A stretch of 64,000 nucleotides of DNA, taken from contig JBHLOC010000025.1 in assembly GCA_048940925.1 (NCBI GenBank), positions 6,016 to 70,015 of the forward strand, written 5' to 3'. The DNA comes from Promethearchaeota archaeon. GTDB lineage: Archaea; Asgardarchaeota; Lokiarchaeia; Sigyniarchaeales; SOKP01. This document shows, piece after piece, positions 1 through 7,764 of this stretch (its first letter is position 1; each line of letters starts with the position of its first letter). Under the pieces are notes generated by a model. It saw only the letters and a list, made by a program, of their open reading frames with translations. It was not told where the DNA came from and ran no database searches. Made by a program: the position numbers and the translations under genes.

Positions 1-562
1 TTTAATAATTACCCAAATATTGATAAAACTAGAGAAGGATCAAAAAATTGTTTAAAAAATGGGATTAAATAAAAGTTAATCGTTAGTTCTTACGGAACGT
101 AAAGTTAAATCCAAACATTTTTGATTTAATTTTTTTAGATAGATTTTGTTAACTTTCCTTAATTTAATATAAAAAGATGAAGCAATATTATATAATCTCG
201 AATTCTTGGCTGAATTCATGGGATTAGATCCCAATATTTTTTAAATCTAATCTTTGAGATTTGTATTAGTTTTTTGAAATTCTTTTCTTATGGCGTCTAT
301 TCTTGATAATTTTAAAACCCCGAATAATTCCGTCAATTATACCTCATCCCGTACAAAAGAATTCGTCTTTTTTTGAACTATCTAGTTTTTGTTTCCATTC
401 TGACATGATTTTAATTTAAGTTTGTGTTTTTAAATTTAAAATCTATTGAAGAAATAAATATATTATTGTTATTAATAATAAGAATGTATTATGAAGAATT
501 ATATTAAGTTAACTTTCTCTTTTAAGCTGTTAACTTGAATTAAATATTTTGTAAGTAGATTA

Positions 563-1423
563 TTACAATCCTAATTCTTCTAGTCTCCGAACTGCCTCTA
601 AAGCTGTGCTGAATATTACGTTCCTTTCGACAGCACACATCATCAGAAATTCATAAACATCATTTAGAGTTCCTTTAGTCCAACCTAATTCAGCGAACTC
701 GAAATGATGCCAGAAACTTTGAAAAACATCAACACTAAGGTCTCCTCTTAATCTATTTCTGAGATAATTAATCTGACTCTTTATATCACCCCCACCAAGA
801 TTCCCACTAACTGGTAATTCAATTATAGAAGATCTTCCTTCAATCCAAGGATCACTTGTTGATGGTCGATAAGGGTAGAACTCCTTATGTCGAGAGTTAT
901 CTGCTAGAATAAAATCACCTGTAGCTGGGTGTTTTAATTTTTCTCCAGGAACAAGTGAGCAATCCACTTTAAAACCTGCCTCCTCCAAGACTTGGATTGT
1001 GTTCGTATGAAATGTAAACATTCCGCTAACATGAGTTACAGGGGGCGGTATATCAAGAGCAATAGCCATTTGTCTAATAGCTCCAGCGATTCTATCTTGA
1101 TTTAAAACACCATTCTCATCAATACAGTAAGCATATCTTCCTTTATATGTGTGGCCATTCTTTCGTTGGGATCCAGGTAAGTGGGAGTGGATCCCAATTT
1201 CATGACCTTCTTCTATAAACCGGAATATATCCTCTAAATGCTCTGATAGAAACTCTTCAGTAATACAGTATGTGACTTTTGGGTTTTTTCCTGTTTCTTT
1301 GAAAATTTGATCAAAAACATCTTCTATCTTAGGTTGTATCTTCTCAAATAACTGCCAAGACCCATCGAAATCTAATTCAGTATGACAAACAAGTACAATA
1401 TGAAGCTCTGTATCTTTACTCAT
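563..1423 (-). CDS. Hypothetical protein, possibly glycoside-hydrolase/deacetylase (NodB-like) fold
   Basis: 286-aa ORF with normal protein composition. His/Asp-containing segments (VCHTELDFDGSW, GHEIGIHSH) resemble metal-site motifs of polysaccharide deacetylases. Function assigned by eye only. Confidence 0.4.
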   Translation of the reverse strand: MSKDTELHIVLVCHTELDFDGSWQLFEKIQPKIEDVFDQIFKETGKNPKVTYCITEEFLSEHLEDIFRFIEEGHEIGIHSHLPGSQRKNGHTYKGRYAYCIDENGVLNQDRIAGAIRQMAIALDIPPPVTHVSGMFTFHTNTIQVLEEAGFKVDCSLVPGEKLKHPATGDFILADNSRHKEFYPYRPSTSDPWIEGRSSIIELPVSGNLGGGDIKSQINYLRNRLRGDLSVDVFQSFWHHFEFAELGWTKGTLNDVYEFLMMCAVERNVIFSTALEAVRRLEELGL

Positions 1424-1612
1424 ATAATGTTATTTATATCTTTATTCATACATAAGATTAATCTTTAAGAGACATACAAGTTTCAAGTTTTTTTAAATTT
1501 TGTCCCAATTTTCTGTGAAATTGGAATGGAAAGGTAAAAATTCTATGCTATTTAATAATTTTAAAATAGATTAAATATTTATTTAGCTTAACAAGGAGAA
1601 GAAAAGAAAAAA

Positions 1613-1891
1613 ATGGCAGGAATAAAAGAGTTAAAAAAAGAACTTTCTGAAATGCGAAATAGTATGGAAAAATTAACAGAAGAATTACATGAGACCAATC
1701 TTGCTATTAGGGAATCATTAAATTCGACATCTCAGGTAATAAAAGAAGCAAGTGAAAAATTTTCAAAAGCATTAGAAGATGTAATGAAAACAATGTCAGA
1801 TTTAACAATTCAGATGAATGTAAGAGATACGATTTTGAAGAATCTTGGGATTGATGGAATGATTCCAGGATTTCTGAAGAAGAAAAAGTAA
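1613..1891 (+). CDS. Small coiled-coil protein, unknown function
   Basis: 92-aa ORF, E/K/L-rich heptad-like sequence. A-rich GGAGAAG element precedes the ATG. The antisense ORF 1707..1898 looks like a shadow. Confidence 0.5.
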   Translation: MAGIKELKKELSEMRNSMEKLTEELHETNLAIRESLNSTSQVIKEASEKFSKALEDVMKTMSDLTIQMNVRDTILKNLGIDGMIPGFLKKKK

Positions 1892-1894
1892 TCA

Positions 1895-2089
1895 TCATAT
1901 TTTTTGTTCCTTTTCCCAGTTCTTAACCACAAAATACAATATTACCAGCGAAATCATATATATAACAGCAATTAACGACCATAAAATAACTTCATTAGTA
2001 TTATTTTCAAATATACCTGCAATTGCTTTGTAAATAAAGAAAATACTAAATAATGTTAATAATCGAATTCCTGAACTTACTTTATTCAT
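1895..2089 (-). CDS. Small two-helix membrane protein, unknown function
   Basis: 64-aa ORF with two hydrophobic stretches (LLTLFSIFFIY, ILWSLIAVIYMISLVILYFVV). Confidence 0.35.
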   Translation of the reverse strand: MNKVSSGIRLLTLFSIFFIYKAIAGIFENNTNEVILWSLIAVIYMISLVILYFVVKNWEKEQKI

Positions 2090-2172
2090 ATTATAAACAT
2101 ATGTGTAATGATTAAAGTAATATATTACTTAGAATTAAAAGTATAATATAGAAAAAAATAAATTGAAATAAA

Positions 2173-2382
2173 ATGAGAGAAAGAACTCCACCAATTTGCT
2201 TTAGTTGTGGTAAGAGTTGCAAAGAATCCATGGATAGAACTTATTATTGTATATGTGATATTGCTATTTGTCATGATTGTATTAACTCAATCAAAAAAAA
2301 TGATAAGGTCTGGATTTGCCCTAAATGTAAAGAAGAAAATGACATAGAAAAAAGTAGATTATTTAGATTGGCCCATGAGTAA
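2173..2382 (+). CDS. Stand-alone cross-brace (RING/PHD-like) zinc-finger protein
   Basis: 69 aa. Ligand spacing is C9-x2-C12-x13-C26-x-C28-x4-C33(H34)-x2-C36-x12-C49-x2-C52, with W-I-C-P-K-C at the last pair. Confidence 0.55.
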   Translation: MRERTPPICFSCGKSCKESMDRTYYCICDIAICHDCINSIKKNDKVWICPKCKEENDIEKSRLFRLAHE

Positions 2383-2433
2383 GTTCTAATTTAATTTATT
2401 TGGTTAAGCAATAAAATTTTTTTAATTCTTTAT

Positions 2434-2505
2434 ATGCCTATGATGAAAATACCTAAGTTATGATTTATTATCAAAGATGATAAGATCAGAGGAAGACTGA
2501 GGCAT
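2434..2505 (+). ncRNA. Candidate C/D-box sRNA (2'-O-methylation guide)
   Basis: Intergenic location. 5' ATGCC (2434-2438) pairs with 3' GGCAT (2501-2505). C box ATGATGA at 2440-2446 and D box CTGA at 2497-2500. Internal D'-like ATGA at 2460-2463 and C'-like TGATAA at 2478-2483. Both putative guide spacers are 13 nt. Confidence 0.4.
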
Positions 2506-2622
2506 TTCTTAATGTTGGACTATTAATAATTAGATATATTAAACAAGAGAAGAAAGATATAAACAATTATAAGCGTTCTAGATTTTAATAACTTAAGTAC
2601 ATAAGAGTGAGATGAGATTATC

Positions 2623-3111
2623 ATGAGTGTAAACATAATTTCAAAGGTTGTAGAATTAGAGAATTGTAATAAGGAGGATTTTATCAAAGCTCTATATAAA
2701 GAAGAGTTTTGGATAAATACTAATCCATCAAAAAAAATGGAAGCAAAATTCATTGCTCCTAATGTATTATATAGTAAAATATTAGATGAAATTGTGAAAA
2801 TTCCTGTTGAAATGGAAGGAGAATTGGTTTTACAGGATAAAGGGGAACAACCTGAAGGGAAAGGACGATTAATTGAATTGAACGTTAGAAATAATAAAGA
2901 TGTTAAAGAATTAGAAGGTAATTTAAGAATCAAGACCATAACTCCAACTAAATCAAAAATAGGAGTTTTTATTAAGAGTTTTTCTTTAGGGAGTGATTTT
3001 CTAAATTTAATTGGGAGAAATGCTGCAGAACTTACTTTAAGAACTAAAATAACAGAAATGTTAAGAAAATTAGAACGTTGGTTAAAAGTAAATTCTCTCA
3101 GTGATTTATAA
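2623..3111 (+). CDS. Hypothetical protein
   Basis: 162-aa ORF with balanced composition. The overlapping 200-aa minus-strand ORF (2523..3125) is L/S/F/I-rich low complexity and is judged a shadow. Confidence 0.6.
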   Translation: MSVNIISKVVELENCNKEDFIKALYKEEFWINTNPSKKMEAKFIAPNVLYSKILDEIVKIPVEMEGELVLQDKGEQPEGKGRLIELNVRNNKDVKELEGNLRIKTITPTKSKIGVFIKSFSLGSDFLNLIGRNAAELTLRTKITEMLRKLERWLKVNSLSDL

Positions 3112-3203
3112 TAGGTAAGATTCATTAATTATATATAGAAGAAATTATTTATGATTCATTTTTAATATAATATGGAGATTTTTTACCAGGATTCAGTTGA
3201 AAA

Positions 3204-4049
3204 ATGAACATTTGGGTATTAGAATCGGATTCGGGCATTACACTCGTCTATAAACCATATATGGAATTTCCTGTAAATGAAGATTTAGTTTCTGGTTTAT
3301 TAACTGCTTTGAATCAATTTACAATAGTGGAATTCAAGCAAGGAATTGATTCCATTGAAATGGGTGGTTTAAGATGGGTTTATATCCAAGATAAAGATAC
3401 TAACTTATTATTTATAGGGGCAGATTCCAAAGAAGTAAGTGGAGATATATTGAGAGCGCGCTTAGATGTCATACGACACACATTTATTCAACAATATGCC
3501 CATGAAAAGAATCGTTGGGGAAGTAATTGGGCAGGTAATGTGGAACTCTACAAACCATTTGAAGATGTTATTGATGAATATTATACCCAATGGAAACAAG
3601 CAGAACGTGTTACATCTGTAGCTGAATTTTTTGATATGTTAGGGATTTTTCAACAAATATTAAATTTAGTGATTAATGTCATTGAAGGTCATTTATCGGT
3701 AAAAAAAAGGAATCGAATCTATAAAAAAATAGAATTACTGTTCAAAAATTATGAGAACCTTGAAATTGTGAAAAAAAATCCTGAATTAAGTAAAATAAAT
3801 TTTCAGAGAAAAACTGGTGTGAACGTTATTAATATCAACCCGACGAACTGTGATATGTTTGTTGCTGAAAAACAATTGATAAATTTAATTAAGACTATAG
3901 TTGAAATACTTAAAGCTGAAGAGGGATTTTATACATGTTTGAAATATTTTATAGAAGAAAATATTTTTGACTATATTTTATCTAATTTTAATCTCTTAAA
4001 CGACCTGAACTTATTTATTTTTCTGATTCAACTCTTTTTATTAAAATAA
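3204..4049 (+). CDS. Hypothetical protein with N-terminal roadblock/longin-like (alpha-beta-alpha sandwich) region
   Basis: 281 aa. The first ~100 aa (IWVLESDSGITLVYKPY..NEDLVSGLLTALNQFT..IDSIEMGGLRWVYIQD..LLFIGAD) follow the strand-helix-strand pattern of roadblock/LC7- or longin-type domains. By eye only. Confidence 0.45.
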   Translation: MNIWVLESDSGITLVYKPYMEFPVNEDLVSGLLTALNQFTIVEFKQGIDSIEMGGLRWVYIQDKDTNLLFIGADSKEVSGDILRARLDVIRHTFIQQYAHEKNRWGSNWAGNVELYKPFEDVIDEYYTQWKQAERVTSVAEFFDMLGIFQQILNLVINVIEGHLSVKKRNRIYKKIELLFKNYENLEIVKKNPELSKINFQRKTGVNVININPTNCDMFVAEKQLINLIKTIVEILKAEEGFYTCLKYFIEENIFDYILSNFNLLNDLNLFIFLIQLFLLK

Positions 4050-4231
4050 TTATCAATCAAAATTTTTAATTTGTGATTCAGTAAAAAGAAATAGTAAAAT
4101 CGAATAAGAAAGATCATTAAAATTTTTAACGTTCTTGCTGTGAAATTAAAAACTGTAGATTTTAATTAGATTTATTAAACGCTGTTTATTTACAATATTA
4201 ATTGATTCTACGATTATCAGTTTAAAATAGA

Positions 4232-5536
4232 ATGGATCTTATATTATTAATAATAATTTTTGTTATTTTCGGAATTGTTATTCTAAGTTATACGAGATCA
4301 AATCTAGATTTTGTCGCCATCTCTCTTTTATGTTGTTTTATAGCAGCATCAATTACATTTGTAGTAAAAGGAACAGATCTACATACGTTTATTGTTAGTA
4401 TTGAATGGCCAGCAATTCTTATTATATTAAGTATGAGTATCATAACTAAAATTGCTCAAGATTCTAATATTTTAGAATATGTTGCCGTAAAACTTTTTAA
4501 AATATCTAATGGAGACCAAAGGATTTTCTTTTGGCTTTTATGTATAATAACAACGTTGTTAGCAGCAATTATAAGTGATGTAGTTGTGGTGTTAATATTA
4601 GCACCTATTGTAATTCGACTCTGCAACTTCTTAAAAATAAGATCTGGGACATATCTATTAGGAATGACAATCTGTATCAATATTGGTTCAATAATTACTC
4701 CATTTTCAAGTGGAGAAAATATTATTATCTCAACGGCTTTTAATCTTGATACACTTTATTTTATTCAGTATTTTTGGATTTTTTCATTTTTGTTACTTTT
4801 TTTAACTATATTTTTAATAGATAAGTTTATTCTCTCAAAAGAACCAAAAATAGAGGAACAACAGAAGAGATTTGTCATAGATTTAATAGACACAGATGTT
4901 ATGGTTAAAAATAAAAAAATGTTTTATCTTAATAGCATCGCTATTATTACAATGATTATTTTATTTGTTGCCCTACCTGTACCCCTATATCTAACAGCAG
5001 TCGTTTCAACTTTAATTTTAGTCCTAGTTAATAGGAAATTTACTAAAAAACCTATGAGTGAACTATTAAAAGATATTGAATGGGAAATCATATTCTTCTT
5101 TATCTCCTTGTATGTTATCATTGAATGTCTTATTCAGGCAGGATTTACTGAAATTTTTACTAATTTACCTTTTCGAGAATTAAATCCAATTTTTTTATCA
5201 TTCTTGATTTTAATTATTGTGAGTTTTGTGAGTGGATTTGTTGCAAATACTCCTACTGCATTAATTTTTAATACCATAATCATGACTTTAATTGCAGCTC
5301 CAAATTATTTTGAACCAGTTCCATTATTATTTGCTTTTATAATAGGGATAAATCTCGGTGGAAATATTATACCTCAAGGTGCTGCCTGTGATATGATGAC
5401 TTTAAAAATCGCACAAGATTCAGGGGTAGATAATCTAAATTATAAACGCTTACTAAAAACTGGAGCTACTTTTGCTTTCATACATATTGGACTCGCAGCT
5501 TTCTACTTAATTATTTTATCAGCAATTTTTGTCTAA
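4232..5536 (+). CDS. Ion/anion permease of the ArsB/NhaD/CitMHS (IT) superfamily
   Basis: 434 aa, ~10-12 predicted TM helices arranged as two halves separated by a charged loop (KEPKIEEQQKRF). Typical of IT-superfamily permeases. Confidence 0.65.
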   Translation: MDLILLIIIFVIFGIVILSYTRSNLDFVAISLLCCFIAASITFVVKGTDLHTFIVSIEWPAILIILSMSIITKIAQDSNILEYVAVKLFKISNGDQRIFFWLLCIITTLLAAIISDVVVVLILAPIVIRLCNFLKIRSGTYLLGMTICINIGSIITPFSSGENIIISTAFNLDTLYFIQYFWIFSFLLLFLTIFLIDKFILSKEPKIEEQQKRFVIDLIDTDVMVKNKKMFYLNSIAIITMIILFVALPVPLYLTAVVSTLILVLVNRKFTKKPMSELLKDIEWEIIFFFISLYVIIECLIQAGFTEIFTNLPFRELNPIFLSFLILIIVSFVSGFVANTPTALIFNTIIMTLIAAPNYFEPVPLLFAFIIGINLGGNIIPQGAACDMMTLKIAQDSGVDNLNYKRLLKTGATFAFIHIGLAAFYLIILSAIFV

Positions 5537-5597
5537 TAAGAAAGAGAGAAAGCATATTAAAAAGTTAGGTTTCCTCGCAAAATTTATTTACTTTAAT

Positions 5598-6125
5598 CTA
5601 TTTTATTCCTTGGTCATCTATAATAAGATGTGTGAGATCAAAGAAAGCCTTTTCAACATTTTCCCCTGTTTTAGCTGAAGTCTCAATATATAAACATTCT
5701 TTATTTTTAACATATTTTTCTACTTCATCCCTATCAATAATTTGTCCTATTTCAGGAATTAAATCAGTTTTATTACCTATTATTACTTTTGGAATGTCAT
5801 TTTTCATAATACTCCGCATTTCTGAGAGCCAACTCTTCATACCTGTAAATGTATGTTGCCTTGAAAGATCAAATACTAGCATTGCACCCTGTGCACCATC
5901 ATAAAAACTTCGATGTAGAAATTTAAATCGCTCTTGGCCTCCTATATCCCAAATATGGAGTTTAATTAATTTTGATGGTTGAAATTCCACGGTCTTAGTT
6001 AAAAAGTCAACTCCAATAGTTAATTTATATTTCAAAGTAAATTCATTATGAACAAATCTGTTTAACAAACTTGTTTTACCAACCGCACTTGGCCCAACAA
6101 TTATAACCTTAAAAGTGAATTCCAT
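5598..6125 (-). CDS. Rab/Ras-like small GTPase (eukaryote-like)
   Basis: G1 GPSAVGKT, switch I TIGVDF, G3 WDIGGQERF, G4 GNKTDL, G5 ETSAK. YDGAQGAMLVFD resembles RabF4/F5. No C-terminal Cys prenylation motif. Confidence 0.9.
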   Translation of the reverse strand: MEFTFKVIIVGPSAVGKTSLLNRFVHNEFTLKYKLTIGVDFLTKTVEFQPSKLIKLHIWDIGGQERFKFLHRSFYDGAQGAMLVFDLSRQHTFTGMKSWLSEMRSIMKNDIPKVIIGNKTDLIPEIGQIIDRDEVEKYVKNKECLYIETSAKTGENVEKAFFDLTHLIIDDQGIK

Positions 6126-6272
6126 GATAGTTTTTAGTCTAAGTAGTTTATTAGATTTATAATTATATTTTTTGTTTTTAAATTTACTCTAAAGCGTAAT
6201 TAGATATATATTAAATTTAACCATTATTTTTAGTTCAATGAAAAAGTAGGATTTAAAAAAGAGTTAAAAATA

Positions 6273-7523
6273 TTATAACCAACCTCTAAGCCGCATAGCG
6301 TTAATAACACGCTCAACAGCAATAATATATGCTCCCATTCTATTATGAGTGCTAAATTTATTTGCTTGTTCTACAGTAGAACGATAAGCGCGCGTCATTA
6401 CTCTATCTAATGCCTCAAAAACTTCAGTTTCTGTCCAAAAGTAACGATAATAACCTTGAACCATTTCAAAATAAGATACAGTAACCCCTCCTGCGTTACA
6501 CAAAAAGTCAGGAATAACAATTATCCCCTTTTCAAAGAGAGTTGTATCAGCATCTGGTGTAGTTGGTCCATTTGCTAATTCTGCAATAATTTTAGTATTT
6601 ATATTATCAACATTATTTCTTGTTATGACATTTTCAAGTGCTGCAGGTACTAATACATCACATTCTAATTCCAACAATTCTTCATTTGTGATATCCTTTG
6701 TCCCTTTTGCTCCCACAACTGATCTTGTCTTTTCTTTATGTTCAGCAGCCATATAAGGATCTATCCCCCCTTCATTATAGATACCTCCTTTAGAATCAGA
6801 TACTGCTATGACTTTGCAGCCAAACTCATCATTTAATAGTTTTGCAGCCCATGAACCAGCATTACCATAACCTTGAACTACTACTTTAGCCCCGTTTAAG
6901 TTAAGTCCAATATCTTTTGCAGCTTCTCGTATAGCAAATACTCCTCCTTTTGCTGTTGCTATTGATCTTCCAGCGCTACCTCCCAATGGTAAAGGTTTAC
7001 CAGTAATTACAGAAGGAGCATGCCTACGGACAATTTTTTCATATTCATCTTGCATCCATGCCATTATTTGAGGATTTGTATAAACATCTGGTGCAGGAAC
7101 ATCTATATTGGGTCCTATAAAATCAGCAAGTTGTCTAATATAATTTCGGGCAAGACTTTCAAGCTCTCTATTACTCATAGCTTTTGGATTGCATATTATT
7201 CCTCCTTTAGCTCCACCAAGAGGAATATCCACACATGCAGTCTTCCACGTCATCCAAGCTGATAGTGCTTTTACTAATGAAGCACTTTCATCTGGATGCC
7301 ATCTTATTCCGCCTTTCATTGGGCCTCTAGCAGAATTATATTGACTCCTGAAACCCTTAAATGTCTTTATCGAACCATCATCCATTTTCATAGTTATTTT
7401 TATTTCTACAAACCTTTCAGGTTCACTTAAAGCATTATAAATTTCACTATCATATCCACTAATTTGACATGCATCATAGAGTTGTTTTTGGCTAATCTTA
7501 AAAGGATCCAACTCTTCACTCAT
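6273..7523 (-). CDS. gdhA: Glutamate dehydrogenase
   Basis: [11 protein letters not shown] and PLGGAKGGI motifs, then a Rossmann [11 protein letters not shown]. Full-length match to the Glu/Leu/Phe/Val dehydrogenase family. The ORF track starts at a TTG (7544); the ATG at 7523 (MSEELDPF) is the more likely start. Confidence 0.95.
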   Translation of the reverse strand: MSEELDPFKISQKQLYDACQISGYDSEIYNALSEPERFVEIKITMKMDDGSIKTFKGFRSQYNSARGPMKGGIRWHPDESASLVKALSAWMTWKTACVDIPLGGAKGGIICNPKAMSNRELESLARNYIRQLADFIGPNIDVPAPDVYTNPQIMAWMQDEYEKIVRRHAPSVITGKPLPLGGSAGRSIATAKGGVFAIREAAKDIGLNLNGAKVVVQGYGNAGSWAAKLLNDEFGCKVIAVSDSKGGIYNEGGIDPYMAAEHKEKTRSVVGAKGTKDITNEELLELECDVLVPAALENVITRNNVDNINTKIIAELANGPTTPDADTTLFEKGIIVIPDFLCNAGGVTVSYFEMVQGYYRYFWTETEVFEALDRVMTRAYRSTVEQANKFSTHNRMGAYIIAVERVINAMRLRGWL

Positions 7524-7583
7524 CTTAAATTTCACTCTCGTCAATTATACCAATAATAAATTTGAATAATTTTCAATTTCAGG

Positions 7584-7592
7584 TATATAAAA
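7584..7592 (-). promoter_or_regulatory. Candidate TATA box for gdhA
   Basis: TTTTATATA on the minus strand, ~60 nt upstream of the gdhA ATG. TATA-like strings are frequent in a genome this AT-rich. Confidence 0.25.
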
Positions 7593-7720
7593 GATAATTA
7601 TTCTGAATAAATTTGTATTTTTTATTATTTAATTTGATTAATAATTTATGATATAAAATAATAGCAATAAATCTTTTCTATGGGAAAGATTTGGGAAATT
7701 AGAATTTCGGATGTTAAAAG

Positions 7721-7737
7721 ATTGTAATGATTACAAT
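7721..7737. promoter_or_regulatory. Perfect 8-1-8 palindrome ATTGTAAT-G-ATTACAAT between the FrhB-GltD gene and gdhA
   Basis: Read directly from the sequence. Lies 28 nt after the stop of the upstream gene and ~200 nt before the gdhA ATG. Could be an operator or a transcript-end hairpin. Confidence 0.25.
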
Positions 7738-7764
7738 AACCAAGGTCTTAAATTTAAATTATAT

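Noticed and set aside
266-406. Minus-strand mini-ORF MSEWKQKLDSSKKDEFFCTG-TGA-GIIDGIIRGFKIIKNRRHKKRISKN. The in-frame TGA would create a C-x-x-U redox-like motif, raising the idea of a selenoprotein.
   Set aside because: It is only ~46 codons and has no recognisable thioredoxin-fold context. The only nearby hairpin (218-233) is a simple 6-bp stem without SECIS-like internal loops. Several other spacers in this window hold decayed ORFs with in-frame stops, so a relic or chance ORF is more likely.
2523-3125. 200-aa minus-strand ORF overlapping the 162-aa plus-strand ORF.
   Set aside because: Its translation is low-complexity L/S/F/I/N-rich, typical of the antisense frame of an AT-rich gene. 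The plus-strand product has balanced, protein-like composition.
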